The translations under genes and the position numbers were made by a program. Positions 11,802 to 20,109 of a DNA stretch of 64,000 nucleotides are shown piece after piece. The stretch spans positions 992,001 through 1,056,000 of the forward strand of contig JAMWBK010000005.1 of NCBI GenBank assembly GCA_029953675.1. The letters run 5' to 3'. Each line of letters opens with the position of its first letter. Positions within the stretch are counted from its first letter, which is position 1. The notes under the pieces are model-generated. The model searched no databases. It had not been told where the DNA came from and worked only from the letters and a program-made list of their open reading frames with translations. This DNA is from Rhodosorus marinus CCMP1338 (Eukaryota > Plantae > Rhodophyta).

Positions 11802-12893
11802 ATGGATCGAAGGATTTTTTTTGCCCTTGCGGTGGCCTTGGTGGCCTGTGTTCTCGAGGTCCCTGTGCAAGGAAGTGTGTGTACAGATTTTGCTTTTCCT
11901 GAGGTTAACACGTACTTTGGGTCAGGTAAGCCGTTCAGGGAGGTGGATGGAGAGATTCGAGATAGACCGGCAGAGAGGGTTTTCTATGCGGATATTGCCA
12001 ACTGCCCAAAGCTCAGGCTGGATGATGGGACAAGGGTGGGGAGGGTATGCATCAGAACGAGGACAGACAATAAGACTGGGAAAAGATGCATTCGGTTCAA
12101 CTTTTTTATGAAGGAAGATTTCAAACTGATCAAGAGTAAGGCGGGAATCACAGAGGACTGCAGTGATCTCCCCAGTACTGGCAAATACCAGAAGGTTAAG
12201 AAAACTAAACGCGGAGCAGATCCGAGCATGATCGACATCTGTTTTGATGAGATTGACACAACTGAAAGCTGTTGTGAGCAGACAAAATGTGCTGTGGTAA
12301 AGGCCGTAGTGATTAGTCCAGACGAAAAGAACTTCGCGGCTACCATTGATGACAGGCGGTGTGGATATCCTGGAGCCCAAAATCCAGTTGGAACGTGCAG
12401 CATGGAAATCAGATGTCTAAACCTCATAGAATATCAGGAGCAAACGACCGAGGAGGGTGTAACCATGCTCGGGACAGTTGGCAGCGATTACATGAAGCTG
12501 GTCGAGGATGGTTTTAGAACGGAGCGCAACTACATGTATTCATACGAAGGTCGTGATGTCATGATAGGAACGGATAATGTAGAATTGTTCCTGGCGCTCC
12601 CTGACGCAGAGGAGGAACTCCCGGATGAAGATCGTACTGAAGATAATAGTAAACTTGTCTTCGGAAGGGGAGGGGATGATATTGTCAATTTTCTGTTCAC
12701 AAACCAGAATCCCTCGAAGATCTACCTGCAGACCGGTGATGACCGTGCAGAAGGAGCTTACGGAGATTACAACGTTTTCAGCGGGGGTAAAGGCTACGAC
12801 ATACTGTGGAATCGACCCGGCGAGGGAATTAACTACTATTTCGAATACATCGGCCCACCCCCAGAAGCTGGGGGGGATGAAGAGGGCTCGTAA
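11802..12893 (+). CDS. Secreted Cys-rich protein with degenerate RTX-like repeats; paralogue of 3106-4488
   Basis: Intronless ORF (track 11727-12893; likely ATG at 11802, MDRRIFFALAVALVACVLEVPVQG). C-terminal YSYEGRDVM, FGRGGDDIV, LQTGDDRA, SGGKGYDIL; N-domain aligns with the first protein. Confidence 0.75.
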   Translation: MDRRIFFALAVALVACVLEVPVQGSVCTDFAFPEVNTYFGSGKPFREVDGEIRDRPAERVFYADIANCPKLRLDDGTRVGRVCIRTRTDNKTGKRCIRFNFFMKEDFKLIKSKAGITEDCSDLPSTGKYQKVKKTKRGADPSMIDICFDEIDTTESCCEQTKCAVVKAVVISPDEKNFAATIDDRRCGYPGAQNPVGTCSMEIRCLNLIEYQEQTTEEGVTMLGTVGSDYMKLVEDGFRTERNYMYSYEGRDVMIGTDNVELFLALPDAEEELPDEDRTEDNSKLVFGRGGDDIVNFLFTNQNPSKIYLQTGDDRAEGAYGDYNVFSGGKGYDILWNRPGEGINYYFEYIGPPPEAGGDEEGS

Positions 12894-13047
12894 TAAACAA
12901 CTTTCTCCCAACCAAAGTCTGCCCACTACCAGCTCCTCGAGTCTACTAGCGGGCATAGCCCGTTGAGGGCGTCCTTTCGTCATAGCTTTCTTCAGCGCCC
13001 TGCACTGTGGTAGATAACACCTGTGGTGTTGTCTGAGCATCTATACG

Positions 13048-13132
13048 ATTGGATCGGATCAGATAGGATCGGATCGGACCGGACCGACCGGACCTGATCA
13101 GACCGGACATGATCAGCAGACCGGACATGTCC
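13048..13132. repeat. Low-complexity (GGATC/GGACC)n tract
   Basis: gattggatcggatcagataggatcggatcggaccggaccgaccggacctgatcagaccggacatg. Confidence 0.75.
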
Positions 13133-13254
13133 AATTGTATGGATTCGAGGAAGCAACAAATCAATGAACCCAAGCTGAAATAATCAACGCCACTAATTTG
13201 CTTGATTGGTTTGGAGATTTCGAATTTCATTCGAAAACAATAAATCCATCATTT

Positions 13255-14010
13255 CGCATCTACGTGAATGAATTTGTTCAAAAAAAACACCAAAGCACGC
13301 AATGACCAGAGGTACCAGGCGACGAGCTAGAGCCGAAGCACGAATGCCAGGGGAAGACAAAGCCCCCGCATATTTCAACTCTTTGCGACGTCTCGTACTG
13401 GCAGCGGCAAATCCACGGTGCTCTCCCGCAGCCCGGCAAATAACGACTGGACTGAGGATTAGGAGCAGCTAGATCAATGTACGTCGTACAGCGGCTATCG
13501 TCACAGGTGACCACGAGGTCAGCCACTCGGCGTTCGTTATTGTCACGTTCAATTTCAAGACCGGCTTGCCGTACTATAGGCCGAAGTCGCGGTCCAACAG
13601 GTTCAAGATCCTCGTATGTCGGCGGGTTCGGGCGGCTTTCACAGGCGGGCAGTTGGCGAGCAGGTGGGCGCCGAAACCCGCGGTTTCTTCGTTCTGAGAG
13701 CATATAGTGCAGGGCGAACCGATCTCGGAAGGCCACGGCGGCTGGTGAAATCCCAGGTACATGCACAGGGAGCGCGCACTTCAAAATCCTTGAGCGTGCG
13801 GGGCGGAAATTTTGGAACTCTGGTGAGCCATTGAGAGCTGAGGCAGACCCTCAGACTTCGCAGGCGAGCGCGGGCACGGGGAAAGGAGGCCATTTGCGCC
13901 AGAAGTCGGCCACAAGCAGCACGGTGCAAGTTCCAAGGAAAGGATGTTTGCGACGCATCCGTGCGTGCGGAGACGCGACTCCCAGGGCCCTGTCCAGCAT
14001 CAGATACGTA
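13255..14010 (-). mobile_element. Family B 3' portion (thumb, CCHC, RLE, tail)
   Basis: Minus strand reads ARLRSLRVCLSSQWLTRVP, CTICSQN..FGAHLLANC..RTRRHTR, VADLVVTCDDSRCTTYIDLAAPNP, LVPLVIACFG. Confidence 0.85.
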
Positions 14011-14139
14011 ACCCCGTAGCCTTTATTCGGCAGCTACCTACCGCAGCGCAATACCACTACTATACGTTCGCTCTAAACTCACTTGGACAATAGATGCACT
14101 CTTACTAAGCCATTTTTAGCTTGAATCTACTGGGGAGGA

Positions 14140-14420
14140 GCCCTTCCCTACATGTCTGAGCGGGGTGAAATTTTGAAGCATACACAGGGGTACAACAAGG
14201 ATCCCTGTCGGCTGGTCCTTCACGCTTGTGCCTAGCAGCTCGCTCTGTTGCAACTCGCGACCTCGATGGAGGACCTACGTATCTGTGCAAATCATGACGA
14301 TGTGACGTTGATGGGTAGCCCTACGGAATTAGATCCGGGTTTGACCTGGATCCAAGCCATTGCAAGTGAGGCGGGGTTGATAGTCGAGCCGGAGAAGTGT
14401 TGTTTTCTCCCACCACCGCT
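14140..14420 (+). mobile_element. RT domains 5-7 fragment of a CRE-like element
   Basis: GVQQG..LHACA..MEDLRICANHDDVTLMG..EAGLIVEPEKC. Confidence 0.75.
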
Positions 14421-15789
14421 AAGAGTATCTACTTGCTTAGTCCTGTTTTCTAGGAAAATGGCTCTAACCTAGAATAATAACAATCTTAATAATCCAAGTC
14501 TGGATCAATTCAGTTCATATATTATTGGCCCTGGGGTTTATTCAAAAGTCAGTAATTGGTACAACACATATTTTCGCTTACAGTTTTTGCCGTGCAAAGT
14601 ACTGAATATAAGAAATAATATGGACTAGTACAAAGTAATAATAATTCTCGGACCGGTGAATCACCTTATTTAGAATATAGTTTTAGATTATTACGCAAAA
14701 GGTCCATATTACTCTTACCTACCGAAACAAAGAGATCATATTTCAAAAATAGAAATTTTTGGAGTCTAAATCTGATATACACATTCTCATACATGATTGG
14801 CTATAGGGTTTTTTTGGAGGTAATAATTGGTACAGCACAGAAATATCTGTAACAGCTACTGAAGATAATATATTGAAAAGGAAATAGATATATCGTTATG
14901 GAGAATGTAAGCCGTAGAGCTGAATGTCGTGGATTTCAAGACTGAATGCAGGGTCGGGAGCTGGCCTGCGGGCTACCCAAGCGAACAGCCCTTTGGGCTG
15001 GGGGTTAGGGCTGTTCATTTGGGTAGAGCCAATAGCTCAGAGTTAATAGCTCGGCGGAGCGCCCTACCCGTGCAGAGGGAAAGTCCTGGAAAATTACCAA
15101 TCCTTTTTTCATGGGAGATCGGTGGCAGCGTGTGTAAGGAGAGAGACCAAACTCCGTTTGGGAATCAATAGGACCCGAAGAGCAAGGCTTCCCACTGGAA
15201 ACGGAGAGTCTAGAGGTGGTCTGTCGCGGAAGGGGCTCTACTTGACGGTTTGAGCTTATCGCGCCAAACTTCTGACTGGTCTCCAAAAGCTGCTGCACTG
15301 AGTAGTTGGCTAATAATATTCACAAACATGCGGTATACATGGCGGAGCAACCGGCTCGCCCTTGGAGGGGCGAGGAACTGTTTTGTGTCGATCAGGTTTG
15401 GTACACGCGGAGTTTGAAAAAAAAATCTCCAAAACGGATAAAGAAAACAGCAAAAGGCACGATGCTCTTCCGGTCCTGACGGAGCCATATTGCACCGTTC
15501 CTATCATTCCACCACGACAGTCTTGGCAAAACGATTCCTACACGTTCACATCAGCAGCGAGGCTGGCTGTACGATTACGATGACTGCTGAAAGTGCGGTA
15601 CGTTTCTTCTGGATTCAAGAAGGTAATTTCAACGGCGAATTTGGTGCACAGGATGCTCCGGAGTCGCAAGGGAATCCTAGTTGGAGGAGATAGTATATAT
15701 AGCCATGGACCGTCGACAGAGTACTTGCAGGCATCACCGTGTCCAACAAAAACAACTTTGGGTTGAACCCGTGAGGACTCTTAGACACA

Positions 15790-17376
15790 ATGAAAGGATC
15801 GATTCTTGCCGTGGTCTTGGTGTTTTCGGTGATTGGGTTGAGCCTTGCAGGCTCAGCAGTGAGGGACAGGTCAAAACTATGGACGAAGGGGAAGGTGAAG
15901 TATGAGATCGACGTTTCTGTCTCCGAAGATACCCGAAAGGCGATTCTGTATGCCATGAGGGCGTACGAAAGGGAGACATGCGTTTCTTTCACTGAGACAA
16001 GTTTCATCAGCGCGAGAGTGAGGTTTACCGAGAACCGGAGCAGGTGCTACAAGACTAAAGTAGGGTACAATCCTGCATCCGTCCAGGAGGTCGTGATCAG
16101 CGCAAAATGTCATGGAGGTATCGATCTGAAAGCACAGGCACTGCATGAAATTGGACACGTTCTGGGTTTGTACAACGAGTTCAACCGGCCCGACAGAAGT
16201 ACATTTGTCAACGTATTGAGTCGGAATGGTTTGCAAAACGGGAGCTCGCAGGCACAGTTCAAGAAGGACAATTGGAGAAGAGTCCAAAAGCAAGGAGTAC
16301 AGTTCGACTACACGAGCGTCATGCAGTATGGGACTCACTTCCTTTCCAGGAACGGAAAGGAAACCGTCATCAACCTGAGGGACCATCCGAGGATCAAGAT
16401 ACGAAACGTTCTGAGCCACTATGACGCTCTGACGGTCAATCGCTTATATCACTGCCCTAAGGAGAGACCCCGTGGGAAGCTTACATTGAAGCTGAGGAAG
16501 GCACAGAACCTTCCGGCACATTTCTATCTTATGGTTGAAGCGGTGAAATCAGACGGAAAATCTGTCCTCAAAGAGTTCAGCGTGGTGGACCTTCCACACG
16601 GGCCGACTGTCTCCGACCACTCCTTCGTTGTTGGAACCGATGAATGGCAATTCATGCGCGTCAAGGTGCTTGACCACCAGAGGAAGGACACAATTCTTCT
16701 CGAGAAGCTCGTTCCGTTCAACGTCTTCGTCAAACTGCGCAGCCAGAAGCTGTGCAAGAATCCCACAGACTGCTCAAAGATGTTGGAGTTCGAGTATGCG
16801 CTTCTCTCAAACCCTGATGCTTGTGAGAATGAAAATCCTTGCCGGAATGGAGGAACTTGTGTGGATCTCGTGGGAGACAACGGATATGCCTGCTCATGCC
16901 CGGATGGGTTCAGAGGTACAAACTGTGAAAAGTATTTCGGAAATTTATCTATCTCTGTATGGAAAGGCGAAGGTTTGGATGACAGAGATCCCATCTGGAA
17001 TGCGTCTGATCCTTGGGTATCTGTGAGGGCTTACCGTTACGACGGAACTAGCCAGTACAAGCGGACAAACGAAAGGGATGGAACTCATAACCCAGTTTGG
17101 CGTGACGGCAAGAACCATGATCACTTCCTATCATTCGGACTGGGTGAATGGGAAAAGTATGAGGTGAGAGTCATGGATGCAGATCAGTTCTGGCCTACGG
17201 GCGATCGAGACGATGTTCTCATTCCGACGCAGACGTTCTACCTCTCTCGACCCACGGAACCCACAGTTGGCTCCAAGGCAAAGATGATATGCAAGGATAC
17301 AACCCGCACTTGTAGCACCAATAGAGTACTCTTTGATGTTATGTACTACATCGATAGACCCGTTATCGTTGATTGA
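15790..17376 (+). CDS. Secreted astacin (M12A)-like protein with C2-like, EGF and C2 domains
   Basis: Intronless 528-aa ORF. Signal peptide MKGSILAVVLVFSVIGLSLA; LW..GKVKY, HEIGHVLGLYNEFNRPDR, Met-turn SVMQY; EGF CENENPCRNGGTCVD..YACSCPDGFRGTNCE; C2-like LSISVWKGEGLDDRD..SDPWVSV. Confidence 0.85.
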   Translation: MKGSILAVVLVFSVIGLSLAGSAVRDRSKLWTKGKVKYEIDVSVSEDTRKAILYAMRAYERETCVSFTETSFISARVRFTENRSRCYKTKVGYNPASVQEVVISAKCHGGIDLKAQALHEIGHVLGLYNEFNRPDRSTFVNVLSRNGLQNGSSQAQFKKDNWRRVQKQGVQFDYTSVMQYGTHFLSRNGKETVINLRDHPRIKIRNVLSHYDALTVNRLYHCPKERPRGKLTLKLRKAQNLPAHFYLMVEAVKSDGKSVLKEFSVVDLPHGPTVSDHSFVVGTDEWQFMRVKVLDHQRKDTILLEKLVPFNVFVKLRSQKLCKNPTDCSKMLEFEYALLSNPDACENENPCRNGGTCVDLVGDNGYACSCPDGFRGTNCEKYFGNLSISVWKGEGLDDRDPIWNASDPWVSVRAYRYDGTSQYKRTNERDGTHNPVWRDGKNHDHFLSFGLGEWEKYEVRVMDADQFWPTGDRDDVLIPTQTFYLSRPTEPTVGSKAKMICKDTTRTCSTNRVLFDVMYYIDRPVIVD

Positions 17377-17419
17377 ACAAACAAGTAAACTTGCCTATAG
17401 CACGCAGAGGAAAAACTCA

Positions 17420-18480
17420 GGCCCAAGACTAAAGCGCCTCAACGATCGTGACCAGTGCTAGGAACTAGGACCTGCACCCAACTCAACTTGTACACTCGCT
17501 GGGTCAGTTCAAGACCACAGCTGGGCCATCTTAGCTACCGTCCTACCTCTTCGCGTCTGGGCTCTGGTCAGCGCCCTTGGAAATGGGCATGTATCACCGC
17601 ATCTACGGATTTCACTCAGCAGCCACAGGTGGGATGGGGACGTCCTATACGGTGTAGACTATCCGCGGTTGTGAGCGGTATGAGTGGAGAGTTGATCAAG
17701 ATTGCGTGAGATGCACTGAGTTGGCCCCAGGTGTTGAATCAAATCAGTGCGTGGGCTTCACGTTCTGTTCATATCGGGGTAATCTGCCGTGGGTGACCCG
17801 GGACCTGGCTTCCCCATCGTCGACCAGCACTCGGTCGATCGTAGATTCAACGACGACCTCATTGCGTCCCAATAACATCTCCCTCCGGGAACTAAGGTTA
17901 GACCGATTTCCGTCCGGCACTTCATTGCATGGGCTGAACGCCTGTCCCAGGCCATCATAGATACTCAGCAGTGGGGGTGGAAGAGTGACGGGGTCCTCGG
18001 TGGTCAGTGTCGGAGTGGAAAGGCAGCCACAGCCTAACCGAAAGTTCACCAAGGCACGAAGGGCGGTGGCCCCGGATGCTACCGCCCCAGGGGAGCATAC
18101 AAGACGCCGGTCTCCAACGCCAAATCTCCCCAAGCGCGGTTGCAGCATGCCGTCAGGAAGGCGCTCAATGACATCTATCAGTTGTCAGTGCTGTGCCAAA
18201 ACTCGTTCGCGGGATGCTTGTACGAAGCTATCACGCCCCAGCCCAATGCCATGTCTGAGAGCAGCGGGCAGGCAGTCCGCCGGGGCCTCACTGGAAGAAA
18301 ACACACTTCGCCGGCTCAATGATCTACCCCACCCTGCGTGGAAAGGCTTGAATCTGGGTCAGCCCGCGATCAGGGTCGTCGGGGTTGCCCATCAAAGTGA
18401 CGTCATCGTGTAGGGGCAGATACGGAGATCCGCCATCTCAACCACGAGTCGAACGCGTTGGCAAATCTCAAATAACTTGA
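17420..18480 (-). mobile_element. Decayed family A-like segment (RT 5-7 and thumb)
   Basis: Minus strand reads MADLRICPY(T)MT.., LGRFGVGDRRLVCSPGAVASGATALRAL, TEDPVTLPPPLLSIYDGLGQAFSPCNEVPD. Confidence 0.75.
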
Positions 18481-18709
18481 CGGAGTTCCTGCGTCTCCAA
18501 GAAACAGCCCGTGTATCATGCCTATCCCATCTGCTTATCAACCAGTGATGGCTACTGCAGAAGCTTAAGAGAACGCAATCATGCCCAAATCTGCAAAACT
18601 CCGACTAAAACAACACCAAAACACAACTACAGCCAAAGAGGGGCGGGTGTAGACTACACTTCTATGTGGTTCGTGATGAGAATTTTACACGGTTTTTACA
18701 TTTATGCTC

Positions 18710-18799
18710 TCTACACTTTCTACACATTCTACACTCTCTACACTTTCTACACTTTCTACACTTTCCACACTTTCTACACTTTCTATACTTTCTACACTT
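18710..18799. repeat. 9-bp tandem repeat (TCTACACTT)x10, i.e. (AAAGTGTAG)n on the minus strand, with degenerate flanks to about 18900
   Basis: Ten consecutive units, four with a single substitution. Confidence 0.9.
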
Positions 18800-18904
18800 T
18801 CCTGCTTTCTACAGTTTTTACATTTGTCTCACGTACACTTTTTACGTTTCGCTTTTTTCTACCCGTTTTACTCTTTGTACACTTCCTCACACTTTTTCGA
18901 ACGA

Positions 18905-19940
18905 ATGGTTTAATCGGAGGCTGAAAAAAAAAAATACCCGAGGGGAAAAAAAGACTAAGCGCGGCGAAGTACTCGCGCCTCCAACATCAAAGCGGCATTC
19001 ATGCGCCACAGCAGGAAACTTAAGCGGGTAAACAACGATTGAAGACGGTCAGGGCGTTCAATACAGAGTGGAAAAGTTTTTACACTTTTCCACTCTGTAT
19101 TGAATGAATTTGTTTAATCGGAGACTGAAAGGAAAAAAACCCCGAGGGGAAAAAAAAGACTAAGCGACGAAGATCGCGCGCCTCCAACATCAAAGCAGCG
19201 TTCATACGCCACAGCAGGAAAATCAAACGGGTAGACAACGAGGACAGACGGTCAAGGCGTTCGAGGAACAATTCCCGAAGCCAAGGTCCGAGAACCAACG
19301 GAATCGAGAAACCCAAAGCACTCAGAGCCAGAGGTACCAGGCGAAGAGCTAGAGACGAAGCACGAATGCCTGGGGAAGACAAAGCTGCCGCGTATTTCAA
19401 CTCACCGTATCTAAGGTCGACTGGCCATAGAATTATCCGTTTACCGATGGACGTTATCCAAAACACTCCAAGAGCCTCTTCGGAATAGATAAGATATCAG
19501 GGGTTCTCAAAAGCGAGGAACTTCATGTAGTTTGGTGGTCATTGACCCCCCAGCTCTCCACCCTCTATACGCTGGTTTCTGAGCTTTCCTTGAATTTGCT
19601 CAACCGCAGACTGAAGAAAAACCGAAAAGGGGAAAAAAACACTTTAAGCGCGGCGAAGGTCGCGCGCCTCCAACATCAAAGCAGCGTTCATACGCCACAG
19701 CAAGAAACATTATCCGGCAAGCAACGAGGAGAGTCGGTCAGGGTGTCCACGGACAACCCCCAAAACCAACGAGAACCAACGGAATCCAGAAATCCAAAGC
19801 ACTCAATACCCCGAGGTACTAGGCCTTGGGGTTGAGTCGAAGCAAGAATGCCTGGGGAAGACAATGACCCCCCGCATATTTCAACTCTTTGCGACGTCTC
19901 ACACGGGCAGCGCCAAATCCACGGAGCTCTCCCGCCGCCG
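18905..19940 (-). mobile_element. Three head-to-tail 5'-truncated family B copies (about 18905-19056, 19100-19400, 19590-19940)
   Basis: Each ends in the B tail; 19100-19400 reads LKYAAALSSPGIRASSLALRLVPL..RLSSLSTRLIFLLWRMNAALMLEAR. Confidence 0.85.
19057..19104. repeat. Perfect 21-bp inverted repeat with a 6-nt loop at the junction of two family B copies
   Basis: ttcaatacagagtggaaaagt-ttttac-acttttccactctgtattgaa. Confidence 0.9.
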
Positions 19941-20109
19941 GTTTGCATAGCGCTTTAGGCTATGCTATTAAAGCTTAGTAAAGTACACTATTAAAGCCAG
20001 TTTATAGCGTTTTAGGGTTTACACTTTTTTGGATTTTTTTTTGCCGTTTCTTGCACTTTTATGCACTCGTACTTTTTTATGTGGTACTACTCCAACTGGG
20101 AACGCCGCC

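Noticed and set aside
18666-19031. ORFs with FYTFYT, LHFLHF or STLSTL repeats
   Set aside because: These are translation artefacts of the 9-bp tandem repeat.
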